DNA of 64,000 nucleotides from the NCBI GenBank assembly GCA_963786955.1, contig CAWBAT010000003.1, positions 160,001-224,000 on the forward strand, read 5' to 3'. Source of the stretch: an uncultured Acidimicrobiia bacterium (GTDB taxonomy: Bacteria; Acidobacteriota; Terriglobia; Versatilivoradales; Versatilivoraceae). The notes below the pieces were generated by a model. The model saw nothing but the letters and a program-made list of their open reading frames with translations, was not told the DNA's origin and made no database searches. Position 1 is the stretch's first letter, and each line of letters opens with the position of its first letter. Below, piece by piece: positions 1 through 10,900 of the stretch. A program made the position numbers and the translations under genes.

Positions 1-170
1 CGAGGGGGTGGAGAATATTCAGAAACCAATAACCGCTTCAGCGGTTTTTCAAAATAGAACAATAGGAATTGCTTGCTACGGTGACTCCTGTTTGTGAGGA
101 CGCGGTAAACCGTTGAAACGGTTTCCTGATTGAATGTGCCCTGTGACCCCTCGATGAATCGAGGGGTTAA
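1..170. repeat. REP/BIME-like composite palindromic element, probably cut by the window edge
   Basis: Hairpins aaccgcttcagcggtt (~31-46), aaaccgttgaaacggttt (~107-124) and cccctcgatgaatcgagggg (~147-166). The window starts with cgaggggg, which looks like the tail of a mirror copy. Confidence 0.6.
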
Positions 171-229
171 TCCAATGTCCAAACCCCAGGCTGGAGTTCC
201 CAGAGCGCAGCCACAGCAATTTCACAGCT

Positions 230-1735
230 ATGATAGAAGAAAATCTTCCCTTGGAACTGAAGGGTGTTACCTGCGAATTCCCCGGAGTTCGGGCGCTGGA
301 CGACGTCACTCTTGCCTTTTTGCCCGGTGAAATTCATGCGCTGGCGGGCGAAAATGGAGCCGGAAAATCAACTTTGCTTAAAGTGATTTCCGGCCTGGTG
401 ATCCCAACGAAGGGAAGTGTCCAGATCGCAGGCCGGTCCTACTGCAGTGTCAGGCATCCCCGGCTTTTTGGAATTCGCGTCATTCCCCAGGAGCCGGAGC
501 TGGCACTCGACCTTTCGATAGCCGAAAACATTTTGCTGGGTCAGCTCCCCAAGACTCGTTGGAAAACTGTCGATTGGCGACAGGCTTTCTTGCAGGCCCA
601 AGAATTGTTAACCAGGGTTGGATTGGGAGAACGATCTCCGCAGCTGCCAGTCTCCCAGCTTGGATTGGCGGAACAACAACTCGTTGAGATCGCCAGAGCG
701 CTGGCAGAAAACGGACAGATTTTTCTTTTTGATGAACCGACCGCTTGCCTTACCCTTCCAGACGTCGCCAGACTGGGAGAGATACTAAAAGAGCTCAAAC
801 AGATGGGAAAGCTTGTCCTTTACGTTTCCCATCGATTGGAAGAGATTTTTTCTCTCTGTGATTGTGTCAGCATCCTGCGTGATGGGCAATTAGTCGGGTC
901 AAAACGGGTTTCTGAAACCAATCCACAGGAATTGATTCAAATGATGGTCGGCCGGGAAATTGTCGCGAGTCAGGCTCCGGAGGGATCCGATTCCCGGGAG
1001 ATTGTCCTGCGAGTCGAAAAAATCAGTTCCGACCGGTTCCCGCGAAACGTTAGTCTGGAAGTGCGGCGTGGTGAAATCGTTGGGATTGCAGGCTTAGTAG
1101 GGGCGGGACGTACAGAACTTCTCCAGACAATATTCGGGGCAAGACCGGTCAAGACCGGGAAAGTCTTCGTCTCTGAGCATGAAGTTCAGACTCAATCTCC
1201 CCAGGATTCGATCGATGCCGGCATTGCCTATGTCCCCGAAGATCGTAAACGGGACGGTCTTGCGCCAGGCCTTTCGATTGCGGACAATATCAGTTTGCCA
1301 AACATGAAATCTCTAGAACGCTACGGCTTATTGCGAAGCCGAAGGAAAAACGAACTGGCAGAGCGGATGGCCCGACAACTGGACATCCGTCATTCCGGGG
1401 TCGACGGCCTGGCTCTGCATCTCAGCGGCGGGAACCAACAAAAAGTCGTTTTGGGGAAATGGTTGGCAAGAGCGCCGTCGATTCTCCTTCTAGATGAGCC
1501 CACCCGGGGAATCGATATCGGCGCTAAAGCGGAAATTCACAGTCGAATTCGCGAACTCGCCAAGGCAGGAATGGCGATCCTTCTGGTCTCTTCTGAATTG
1601 CCGGATCTACTCTCTCTAAGCGACCGGATCCTGGTCCTGCGGGAAGGTGAGATTGCAGGGGAGCTGGAGCGGCCAAATTTTCACGAAGAATCTGTTATGC
1701 GGCTGGCAACGCCGGGCTACCAGGATATTTATTGA
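230..1735 (+). CDS. Sugar ABC transporter ATP-binding protein (RbsA/MglA-like, two ABC domains)
   Basis: Walker A GENGAGKST, Walker B motifs FDEPT and LDEPTRGIDIGAK, signature LSGGNQQK; 501 aa. Confidence 0.93.
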   Translation: MIEENLPLELKGVTCEFPGVRALDDVTLAFLPGEIHALAGENGAGKSTLLKVISGLVIPTKGSVQIAGRSYCSVRHPRLFGIRVIPQEPELALDLSIAENILLGQLPKTRWKTVDWRQAFLQAQELLTRVGLGERSPQLPVSQLGLAEQQLVEIARALAENGQIFLFDEPTACLTLPDVARLGEILKELKQMGKLVLYVSHRLEEIFSLCDCVSILRDGQLVGSKRVSETNPQELIQMMVGREIVASQAPEGSDSREIVLRVEKISSDRFPRNVSLEVRRGEIVGIAGLVGAGRTELLQTIFGARPVKTGKVFVSEHEVQTQSPQDSIDAGIAYVPEDRKRDGLAPGLSIADNISLPNMKSLERYGLLRSRRKNELAERMARQLDIRHSGVDGLALHLSGGNQQKVVLGKWLARAPSILLLDEPTRGIDIGAKAEIHSRIRELAKAGMAILLVSSELPDLLSLSDRILVLREGEIAGELERPNFHEESVMRLATPGYQDIY

Positions 1736-2121
1736 GCTCCAGAATGGGTGATCTGCATAGTCTCATCAATGGAATAAACCGGCCAGCCCAGTTTCCCAGG
1801 ATCATTTGGGGTTGCTGTTATTTTGAAGTGCGCCCCATCCTGTACTTCCGAAACATACTGATATCCACGGCGGTTCGCCCCGGAGAATGTTAGATCTCCT
1901 TCGTTTTGAAGTTGTTCCAAACTGGCATAGCTCCCTGAATTTGCAAAATACAATCTTTCCGCTTGAGCGATGGAAAGCAAGTCACTTTGGACACCCGTGG
2001 TATCGATGATTTGCTTTGGCGGGGCTTTCGTCACAGAATTTCGCGTGAGCTGAACCTGGTAAATGTAATAACCGATTCCCAACGCGATCACCAGTCCTAG
2101 CAATGCAGCGCCTCGTCCCAT
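1729..2121 (-). CDS. Small type IV pilin/pseudopilin-like protein
   Basis: ATG at 2121 after a GGAGG RBS. N-terminal hydrophobic helix, then SDLLSIAQAERLYFANSGSYASLEQL and GYQY...FKITATP, typical of pilin globular domains. Confidence 0.6.
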   Translation of the reverse strand: MGRGAALLGLVIALGIGYYIYQVQLTRNSVTKAPPKQIIDTTGVQSDLLSIAQAERLYFANSGSYASLEQLQNEGDLTFSGANRRGYQYVSEVQDGAHFKITATPNDPGKLGWPVYSIDETMQITHSGAQ

Positions 2122-2673
2122 CTTTTCCTCCCTCCTCTTTGTAACTTCTCCTATTTGACCTTGGAATCCAATCTGCGCCGGGGACAACGCTTCCCACAAT
2201 CAAAACGTGCGGCCGCACTCAAGTGCCCAGTCCTGAGGGGGAAGGCAGCCTTCCCTGCCAGCCTCAGCCGGATCTGCGATTCATGTCAGATCGCTTCGCT
2301 GCCTGTCGTCGAGAGGTTACGGACCTAAACTCTAGAATGTTAACCACGCAACAACTTTAGCTCAGAAGGTCGTGGCATGACAATACCCATACAAACGTGT
2401 TTTCAGCCGGTAGTCTCTCATCCCAAGTCTGAAAATTGGGAATTAAGAAGATTCTATTGGATGACGATTACCCATGGTAAGATATTGGGGTTTCGTGACC
2501 TTATTTATTCTCCTGGCCTTCCACAGAGATCTCGTGAAACCTGTGACGGTCCAAACTTCACCTTTCCAGTCTTTTGACCTTAGCCTGACTGTTATATTCT
2601 TGCATGATGGAGTCAAAGCAAGGCTTCTTCGGCCGGTAATTCATGGAAAAATACTACATCCTCGGAGGTACCT

Positions 2674-4638
2674 GTGATGAAAATCCTTTTCAATTCCTCC
2701 CGAACACCTCGTCGGCTATTCCAAATAATTCTTATCTTGCTCTTCCTGTGTTTGGCCTGGACGGCTTTGCCGCTGACGGCCCAGCAGGCTTCCCAGCCCA
2801 AGGATCAAGCTCAAGATCGGAAAGAGAGTTTTGGCGGTTCATTCAAGACTCTCAACCCCGAACAACAAAAACTGGTGGTTAATCTGGTTCAGGCCTACGG
2901 CCGCGCGGCGAAAACTCAAGTGGATCCTGAAAGGGTCTATGACGCGAGTCGTCAATCTGTCAGAAGCACATTCGATGCGGTAACACATGCCCTGTGGAAC
3001 ACGAAGTTGACCAGCTCAGATGGGAAATCGTTGGGTACCGCGCTTGATTTGATCGATGCTGTGGAAGATATTGCAGGGGAAGTCCCCGAGGCCCGAGGCG
3101 ATCGACAATTCCGCATCTATGTCCATTTGAAGCCGAATGCCATTGAGACGCTTGGCGCCAGCCGGGAATTCAAGCGAGAGGGAGACAATACGCACTATCA
3201 CTTCGGTTTCCCCATTTGCTTCCGGATGAAGGGTGGGCCACCCTCTATTCAGTGTTCCATTTCGCGAGATGGCAAGCGAGGCGATTTTGACGTGGATTAC
3301 CGCTCTTCTTCATTTCCGTCGGCTGCATTCAACGGGCATCTGAGTGCAGCGAACTCCGATGTGCGAGCGGGTGACAATCTGGACCGGCACGACGGGCGCT
3401 GGTCTGGGCTCACCGGTTGGTGGCAAGGCCTTTTTAGCCTGCCTCTTCAATCCTCTTCAACTTCCGATCCCACTCTAGGCTCATCCAGGATTCCTCCCAA
3501 CCCTCGTATTTCTGAAAAAGAAGGTCTGGACGCGGCCGTCAATGATTTTCTTACTTCTTGGATCATTGAGCAGCAGCCCAATCTTACCGTCGCTTATTTC
3601 TCCCCCCGCAGCTTCTCATGCCTCGAAGAAATGGCCAGTAAGAGAGGGAAGCCTTTTGAGCCTGGAATAGTGAAAGCGCAGCTGATGGTGCGTTTGGCTG
3701 CCTTCAATAAAAAAGTAGGGAAACCCGCTAAAGTTGAAGACGTCCTTGAGAACGTCAAGCCATGGAATCCTCGGCTCAAACCGGTGAAGAATCGGTATGA
3801 GTCAGAGTTCCTCTTATTCGCCGTACCGAACGATATTGCGGCTGCCGTAGATTGTGCGGAACAGAACGCGGTTGAGCCTACACCGGCAAAGAAGAAGGCC
3901 TCCAAGGACTATGGGGATTATTTCGGCTCGGCGTTCCGCCTCAAGGCTGGGGACAGTAAGGGCACTACCGTCTATTTCCTCTGGAGCAAGGAAGGCAATT
4001 ACTGGAAGATCGTTGCATTGAAGACAGCGGATGAAGCCGATCCCAAAATGGTCGCTACAGCAGCAAGTACCGCCGCTCCAAAAGTTCCTACCACGCCACG
4101 GGTGAATGGCGATCCAAAGTTAATCCAAGCAGTGCAACAATTCCTCTCCGCGTGGTTCGTAAAGCAAGAGTATGAAACGGCTCTCTCGTTCTTGTCTCCG
4201 AAATCTTACGTTTGCTTGGATTTCTCAGAAGACCCGGCCAAAAAGGGACTCGCCCCGGAACAGGCCCGCAAAGCAATCACCGACGGATTAGAGAAGGCAG
4301 AACAAGCCATCGGCAAGAAAGCGAATCTGGATGATGCCATCAAAGCCGTCCCGGCACAGCACGAGCTCATTAAGATTGTTACCCATAAAGACGAGAACGT
4401 CTATTCCTTGATCAGCCTTCCGGACGGAATGGCCGAGGATCGCATGTGCAGTAATGCCGATCGAGGAAAGGGGAAGGAGTCGGAACTCGATGATCCCCGC
4501 AATAAGATCTATGGTCACTACTTTGTCAGTTCCTTCGAGCTTAAAATAAGCGGTGGTGAGCCAGCCTCACTCCATTGCATGTGGGGACTGGAAGATGGGA
4601 GCTGGAAGATTCTTGCCTGGAAGGTGGCCAGCGACTAG
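2674..4638 (+). CDS. Exported hypothetical protein with a tandemly duplicated C-terminal domain
   Basis: 654 aa ORF with a signal-peptide-like N-terminus. Two similar segments: AVNDFLTSW...FSPRSFSCL...YGDYF...YWKIVALK and AVQQFLSAW...LSPKSYVCL...YGHYF...SWKILAWK. Confidence 0.8.
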   Translation: MMKILFNSSRTPRRLFQIILILLFLCLAWTALPLTAQQASQPKDQAQDRKESFGGSFKTLNPEQQKLVVNLVQAYGRAAKTQVDPERVYDASRQSVRSTFDAVTHALWNTKLTSSDGKSLGTALDLIDAVEDIAGEVPEARGDRQFRIYVHLKPNAIETLGASREFKREGDNTHYHFGFPICFRMKGGPPSIQCSISRDGKRGDFDVDYRSSSFPSAAFNGHLSAANSDVRAGDNLDRHDGRWSGLTGWWQGLFSLPLQSSSTSDPTLGSSRIPPNPRISEKEGLDAAVNDFLTSWIIEQQPNLTVAYFSPRSFSCLEEMASKRGKPFEPGIVKAQLMVRLAAFNKKVGKPAKVEDVLENVKPWNPRLKPVKNRYESEFLLFAVPNDIAAAVDCAEQNAVEPTPAKKKASKDYGDYFGSAFRLKAGDSKGTTVYFLWSKEGNYWKIVALKTADEADPKMVATAASTAAPKVPTTPRVNGDPKLIQAVQQFLSAWFVKQEYETALSFLSPKSYVCLDFSEDPAKKGLAPEQARKAITDGLEKAEQAIGKKANLDDAIKAVPAQHELIKIVTHKDENVYSLISLPDGMAEDRMCSNADRGKGKESELDDPRNKIYGHYFVSSFELKISGGEPASLHCMWGLEDGSWKILAWKVASD

Positions 4639-4666
4639 CTTTAGCTTGTGTCCGATTGCAGGCAGT

Positions 4667-4695
4667 TGCAGACCCCCGCCAAGCGGAGGTCTGCA
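4667..4695. terminator. GC-rich hairpin between convergent genes; possible terminator or REP
   Basis: tgcagacccccgc-caa-gcggaggtctgca lies between the stops at 4638 (+) and 4713 (-). No clear U-tract. Confidence 0.4.
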
Positions 4696-4712
4696 GGACC
4701 ATTGAGGGGAAA

Positions 4713-4931
4713 CTAACTGGGCAGCTTGTGGCCATTCTTTTGGAATGCCTTCCCGAAGTCGGTGAGATTGGGATCTGTAGCACCTTTCGCGGGAACCTTG
4801 GTATGGCATTCTGTGCATTTCTTGCCGGTTTCCTTGGCATATTTCTGAGTTGCCGTGACGGGATTTGAAGACCAGACTGTAATCACCGCCAAACTCGTCA
4901 TAAGAACGACAAACACCCTAAGCATTTTCAT
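4713..4931 (-). CDS. Very small exported monoheme c-type cytochrome
   Basis: Signal peptide, YAKETGKKCTECH (CxxCH), C-terminal LTDFGKAFQKNG; GGAGGAG RBS. Confidence 0.75.
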   Translation of the reverse strand: MKMLRVFVVLMTSLAVITVWSSNPVTATQKYAKETGKKCTECHTKVPAKGATDPNLTDFGKAFQKNGHKLPS

Positions 4932-4955
4932 TGACTCCTCCTGTGAGTTTGAATT

Positions 4956-5606
4956 TTAAAAGGGTTTGGCAATTTTCTTTACGCCCTTCTCAGTTGCTTT
5001 GCCTGCGTCTTTGGCTCCTTCTCCAACTGCTTCTCCTGTTTTTGCAGCCCCTTTGGCCGTACCTTTGGCTGCCGCCTTCGTCCCATCAGCCGTCGCGTCA
5101 GCGGCTTTCACGGTGCCTTTAGCCGTTGCATCCGCTGCGCCCTTTGCGCCTTTGGCTGTACCTTTGGCTGCCACTTTCGTGCCGTCAGCCGTCGCGTCGG
5201 CGGCTTTCACTGTACCCTTGGCAGTCGCATCGCCAGCTTTGGTAACTCCTTTGGCCGTACCTTTGGCTGCCGCTTTCGTGCCGTCAGCCGTCGCATCGGC
5301 GGCTTTCACTGTACCCTTGGCAGTCGCATCGCCAGCCTTGGTAACTCCTTTGGCCGTACCTTTGGCTGCCGCTTTCGTGCCGTCAGCCGTCGCATCGGCG
5401 GCTTTCACTGTGCCCTTGGCAGTTGCATCCGCGGCCTTGGTAACTCCTTTAGCCGTACCTTTGGCTGCCGCCTTCGTACCATCAGCCGTTGCGTCGGCCG
5501 CCTTTTCTGTGTCTTTCGCAGCCTGGCTGCTGCACAGGGCAGACGTACAGATGCCCGCTAAAAGCAGGACGGCCAGACCCAAAGCCATTTGAAGGTTCTT
5601 CTTCAT
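4956..5606 (-). CDS. Exported Ala/Lys/Thr/Gly-rich 11-mer repeat protein (LEA-like)
   Basis: Signal peptide followed by 33-aa units made of three 11-mers: AADATADGTKA / AAKGTAKGVTK / AGDATAKGTVK. Near-identical 99-bp DNA repeats. Confidence 0.8.
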   Translation of the reverse strand: MKKNLQMALGLAVLLLAGICTSALCSSQAAKDTEKAADATADGTKAAAKGTAKGVTKAADATAKGTVKAADATADGTKAAAKGTAKGVTKAGDATAKGTVKAADATADGTKAAAKGTAKGVTKAGDATAKGTVKAADATADGTKVAAKGTAKGAKGAADATAKGTVKAADATADGTKAAAKGTAKGAAKTGEAVGEGAKDAGKATEKGVKKIAKPF

Positions 5607-5938
5607 AAGTATTGTTTCTCCTCGGTTAAATATTAAACTACGTTTCCCTAACTAAAAAGAGCCACCTATTCCTGTCCAAAACAAGACAGGTCTTAGTCTT
5701 CATTGGAAAAAATATATCAAATGCTCTTTGATCACCAGGTTTTTTTTGAAATTTTTGGGGAACTAATTGTGACCACCTTTAATTTAGAAACAGAGTGCGG
5801 AGCAGGTGAAAGGGACCGGCTTGGGGGGAGGAGCGACTTTGGAAAATGATGAATATGGGAGCAGCGGACCTACCCGCATGTCAACCAGCCAAAATTGGTT
5901 TATGGTCTCGTCGATTACACTCCGGCTTTCACAACGGC

Positions 5939-7381
5939 TTATGCCAGGATATCTTTGACGACTTCACCGTGCACATCGGTGAGACGATAGTCCCGACCCT
6001 GGAAACGGTAGGTGAGTTTGGTGTGATCAAAGCCCAGCAAGTACATGATAGTGGCGTGCAAATCATGGACGTGAACTTTATCTTTCACCACATTAAACCC
6101 GAGCTCGTCACTTTCGCCCAAAGTAAAGCCGGCCTTGACCCCGCCTCCTGCGAGCCACATGGTAAACGCGTTGGGGTGGTGGTCGCGTCCATCACTACCA
6201 CCCTGGACCATGGGGGTGCGGCCAAATTCGCCGCCCCAAATCACCAATGTATCGTCTAGCATGCCGCGCTGTTTGAGATCTTTAATCAAGGCAGCGCAAG
6301 CTTTGTCGGTATCGAGACAATTCTGCTTGATATCGCGGACTAAGTTCCCGTGCTGGTCCCAAGCTTCATGATAGAGCTGGACAATCCGCACGCCCCGCTC
6401 TACCAAACGCCTGGCGAGGAGGCAATTGTTAGCGAATGAGGGCTTGCCTAATTCAGCCCCGTACATTTCAAGGACCTGTTTAGGTTCCTTGGAAAGATCC
6501 ATGAGTTCCGGTGCGCTGCTCTGCATGCGAAACGCCATCTCAAAAGAATTAATGCGCGTGGCAATTTCAGGGTCCCCGCTAATTCCCAAATGCATTTGAT
6601 TGAGTCGGCGAATGGAGTCTAGCGAATCCCGCTGCAGTTCTTGATCAACACCCCGAGGATTGGAAAGGTAAAGCACCGGGTCGCCGCTCCCGCGGAACTG
6701 GACTCCTTGATAAACGGTGGGGAGAAAACCACTCCCCCAGCAGGAGTTCCCGCCACTGGGACCCTTTTTCCCGGAGCTGAAAACGACGAAGGCCGGCAGA
6801 TCCTGGGATTCGCTACCTAAACCATAAGTGACCCAGGCTCCCATGCTTGGTCTTCCAAACTGGGGTGTTCCCGTATTCATCATCAACTGCCCGGGAGCAT
6901 GGTTAAAGGCATCTGTAACCAGGGACTTCACAATCGTCAGTTCATCGACAACTCCTGCGGTATGAGGCAGTATTTCCGATACGTCGGCCCCCGACTTGCC
7001 ATACTTTGCAAACTTAAATTTAGGGCCTAGTAATTTGGAATTAGGGTTGATGAATGCCGAGCGGTATTCCTTGAGTAATTCGGGAGGAGGGAGTGTCCCA
7101 TCAAATTTTTCCAATTGAGGCTTGTAATCAAATAGTTCCATATGGCTCGGTCCGCCAGCCATAAAGAGGTAAATGATGTTCTTTGCTTTTGGAGAATGAT
7201 GCGGCTTTCTGGGTGCAAGCGGGTTGGGTGGAGCCGGATTCTCGCCGGCGGCAAAGCCGGCACTATTGAGGAGCTGGCCGAGAGCCAGAGTGCCTAAACC
7301 GACACGGCATTGCTCAAAAAACCAACGGCGTGTCACCAGCTGAGGAGGAAGATGTCGATTAAGATTATCCTGACAATTCAT
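5939..7381 (-). CDS. DUF1501 domain protein (sulfatase/alkaline-phosphatase-like fold) with Tat-like signal
   Basis: TRRWFF twin-arginine-like motif; [35 protein letters not shown] and HVHDLHAT motifs. Confidence 0.92.
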   Translation of the reverse strand: MNCQDNLNRHLPPQLVTRRWFFEQCRVGLGTLALGQLLNSAGFAAGENPAPPNPLAPRKPHHSPKAKNIIYLFMAGGPSHMELFDYKPQLEKFDGTLPPPELLKEYRSAFINPNSKLLGPKFKFAKYGKSGADVSEILPHTAGVVDELTIVKSLVTDAFNHAPGQLMMNTGTPQFGRPSMGAWVTYGLGSESQDLPAFVVFSSGKKGPSGGNSCWGSGFLPTVYQGVQFRGSGDPVLYLSNPRGVDQELQRDSLDSIRRLNQMHLGISGDPEIATRINSFEMAFRMQSSAPELMDLSKEPKQVLEMYGAELGKPSFANNCLLARRLVERGVRIVQLYHEAWDQHGNLVRDIKQNCLDTDKACAALIKDLKQRGMLDDTLVIWGGEFGRTPMVQGGSDGRDHHPNAFTMWLAGGGVKAGFTLGESDELGFNVVKDKVHVHDLHATIMYLLGFDHTKLTYRFQGRDYRLTDVHGEVVKDILA

Positions 7382-7423
7382 TTAATTACTCCGTATTCTA
7401 GTCTCGATGGTTAATAGTCCGTA

Positions 7424-7452
7424 GTTTAAGGTTCAAGGATCAAGGTTTAAAC
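7424..7452. repeat. Heptamer repeat tract downstream of the four-helix-bundle gene
   Basis: gtttaag gttcaag gatcaag gtttaaa; reverse complement of the upstream tract. Confidence 0.7.
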
Positions 7453-7454
7453 CA

Positions 7455-7884
7455 TTAGGTTCCATGCCTTGCAGGTGGCGCTTGGATTTCAGAAGGCTTG
7501 TATTTTGAACCACGCAGATCAGAATGTCTAAGGTACCCCATTAATCCTGAAATCATTCTGCTGACTCTTTTCGTTTGCTCAATGAGGTCATCAAAATCAG
7601 TCTGCTTCATGTAACCTCTGTCAGATGCCAAATAAAGCTGGGCACGGAGTTCCCCCGCGGACCCTTTTGCCTGCGAAAGAAATCTGCAGGAACTCCCGAT
7701 TTCCCCCTCTTTCAAACCCTTCAGCAATGTTTGAAAGAATCGATACAGCAGCGCGACGAATTTGATTACGAAGTTCAAAGTCTCTAGAAAATGGGTGAAG
7801 TTCGGATAAATCGTAAATCAAGTTAGCAAGAACACGAGCCTCTTTCCAAGCATCCATATCCTCAAAGGTTGTGATCCTCGCCAT
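7455..7884 (-). CDS. Four-helix-bundle protein (23S rRNA intervening-sequence protein/bAvd-like family), one apparent frameshift near 7683
   Basis: MARITTFEDMDAWKEAR...FELRNQIRRAAVSILSNIAEGFERG joins FLSQAKGSAGELRAQLYLASDRGY in another frame. Confidence 0.88.
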
Positions 7885-7916
7885 ACATTCAATTTCTAAG
7901 AATAATTCTAAGCAAT

Positions 7917-7972
7917 TCGAACCTTGAACCTTGAACCTTAAACCTTTGACTTTCGACCTTAGACTTTTGACA
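7917..7972. repeat. Heptamer repeat tract upstream of the four-helix-bundle gene
   Basis: accttga accttga accttaa acctttg actttcg accttag acttttg; 7-bp periodicity. Confidence 0.75.
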
Positions 7973-7973
7973 G

Positions 7974-10900
7974 TCACTCTTTTGTTATCGTTTCATCCAA
8001 ATTGAGAAGCACCCTTGAAACCGTCATCCAGGCAGCCAGTTGGACAGGGGTTGCTCCCTTTGGAAGCGCAGGGAGTTGTCCGTCATGGATTCCCGCCAAG
8101 TCCCATGGACTGATCCATCCATCTATCAGGCGTTGCTTTTGTTTGTTCAGTAGACCCAGCAATTCAGCCGACTCTTGTTCCGTTGGGGTTCTGGACAGAC
8201 AGCGTCGAAAAGCGTAGGTCAACCGGTTCTCGTCCGTTTCCCCGCCTTCTTGAAGCGTCCGCAAAGCTAGAGCCTGGGCAGTTTCGACAAAGAGCGGCTC
8301 ATTCAACATTGTTAATGCCTGCAGGGGTGTGTTGGATCGAGAACGCCGAACGCAAGACATGTCACCATTGGGCGTATCAAATACCTGCAACATCGGGTAG
8401 GGAACAGAACGGAACCGGAAGGTATAGAGTGCCCGGCGATAGCGGTCTTCGCCTTTGGCCTCATACCAGTTCTTCGGACCATAGCTGGCCGGAGGGACAA
8501 ACAAAAATTCCGGGGCTGGCGGATAGACACTCGGTCCTCCAATCTTGGGATTTAGCAGGCCGCTTGCCGACAACGCGATATCCCGCACAATCTCTCCGTC
8601 GACTCGAAATCGAGGGCCCCTGGCCAGCAGACGGTTATAGGGATCCCGAGCATAGAGTTCCGGTGTGACCTTAGAAGATTGCCGGTACGTTGCTGAAGTC
8701 ACTATCAGCCGGTGCAACTTCTTCATGCTCCAGCCGCGGTCCATGAATTCGACGGCCAACCAATCCAACAACTCCGGATGAGACGGCGGGTCGCATTGTC
8801 TTCCAAGGTCTTCGGCGGTACTGACGATTCCAGTACCAAAGTAGGACTGCCAGGTCCGGTTGACGATGGCACGCGCTGTGGTTGGAGCTTGACGATCCAC
8901 GATCCATTTTGCAAAAGTCAGGCGGGTGGGTGGTGCATTAGGCGGCAGGGGATTCAGGAAAGCGGGCACACCCTCAGTCACCACTTTAGCCGGTTTCAGA
9001 AAATCGCCCCGGGTCAGAATATGGGTCTCGCGTGGTTCTGTGCGAGCCTGGAGCACCAATTGTGACGAGCTTTCAGGATGCTCCCGCCACATTCCCTCAA
9101 TTTTTGTATTGGCTTCCTGCCAATCCGGGATAGTGGTTCGCCAGTAACTGAATACGGCCTGAACCTGGGCGGGGCTCCTTTGATCCTTAGGAATAGCCAG
9201 GATGTCTCGAACATTCTGAGGCACCGGATCCGCCGTAGGATTCGGTGCGGTGGTGATGGAGAGACGAAAACGGCCTAGATTGTGAGTTGTATTGTCGTCG
9301 CTATTCCATCCGCCGTGATTTTCCGTCAAAAATATTCTCAGTACATTTCCCTGCGGATTTGAAATGGGCTGTTCTGCCTGGAAGACCGCTTTTCGCGGGA
9401 GGTTGCGGCGAACCGGGCCCACATCAATCCCCCAGGCGGTCTCGTCTTTGCCGTCAATGGCAAATGTGACGGGTCCGGTCACGCGCCCGCGGTCTGTTTT
9501 ATCGTAGAAAATCGGTTCCAGTGGAGTCTCCGGCGGGTTCACGTCAGCCGTCGCCTTGACCATTTTTACTTTTGTGAATTTGTCAGGAGTTTCTTCCGCT
9601 GCGGCTTCGACTTCGAACTCGGTCAGAGCCCCGGTCCCTTTAGTCGAACGACCGGGCCCTCCTAACGGAAGGTTTGGATCGTTCATCAGTTCCAGACGGA
9701 AACCGGTAATATTCTCAACATCCGTCTTGACGGTCAACTTTACGCGATGTTTTCCGGGAGCGTAGCCTCTGGCACAGGAAGGAACCATCTTTCATGGGCA
9801 GGTACTTCTGCCCTCCGGCAGTATCCGCTTCCACGCTCGGGAGGATAACAATCCACTCCGGTAGATCGTGGCTGCCTTTTTCTTCCCATTGAGCCATCCG
9901 TTCCTGCCAACCTGGATTGCGATGCTGGAGTTCTGCTTCCACTTCACCGATCTTCCGGTAAATTTCTGCCCGCTTCATTTGCTGATCTGGTGTGTAGACC
10001 GCCACGTTTGCTTCATATGAATTATTCAGAAAGGCAAAAATCTGGTAATACTCTTCCTGCTTCAGCGGGTCATATTTATGGTTATGGCACTGGGCACATT
10101 GAATCGTGATGCCCAGGATGCTCTTCCCGACTGCATCCATGCGATCGAACATGGCTTCCATGCGAAACTGCTCCGGATCAATGCCACCCTCCTCATTAAT
10201 CATGGAATTCCGCAAGAATCCGGTGGCCACGATCTGATCTTGGGTCGGATTGGGGAGCTGATCTCCGGCCAGTTGATCGATAATAAATTGATTGTAAGGC
10301 AAATCCCGGTTCAAGGATTTAATCACCCAATCCCGATAAAACCAGACCCAGCGCTGTTTGTCTTTTTCATAGCCATCAGAGTCTGCGTAACGCGCCGCAT
10401 CCAGCCAACTGCGTCCCCAACGTTCTCCATAGTGAGGTGAGCCTAAGAGTCTGTCGACTTGTTTCTCATAGGCATCCTTGCTTGTGTCCTTGAGAAAGGC
10501 ATCGATTTCTTCAAGAGTGGGAGGGAGTCCCACTAGGTCGAGGCTCAGCCGCCTCAGAAGTGTCACTCGATCCGCTTCCGGTGAGGGTTTCAGCCCTTCC
10601 TTCTCGAGGCGTGCCAAGACAAAGAAGTCGATGGGGTTTAAAGGCCATTTGGAATCCTGAACCGTTGGCAAAGGCGGAAGGACTGGAGGGATGAAAGCCC
10701 AGTGCTTTTTGACTTCTGCTCCAGCAACTCCCACTCCTTCCGGCCAGTCGGAACCCTGGTCGATCCAGGCCTTGATGAGAGCGATCTGGGCGGCAGGTAG
10801 AGCTTCGCCGCCCATGGGCATCCTGGGCTGGTCTCCGAGGCCGGCGACCCGCTGATACAGGTGGCTATCAGACGAATTGCCAGGAACAATGCTTTTCCCC

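Noticed and set aside
5030-5510. Regular DNA repeats as a possible CRISPR array
   Set aside because: They are in-frame 33/99-bp coding repeats with no unique spacers, and no cas genes are present.
4966-5592. 208-aa plus-strand ORF of Ala/Val/Pro repeats
   Set aside because: Antisense shadow of the repeat gene. The minus strand has the RBS and signal peptide, and its codons give no stops on the other strand.
7455-7884. Four-helix-bundle gene as the Avd of a DGR
   Set aside because: No adjacent RT or template repeat.
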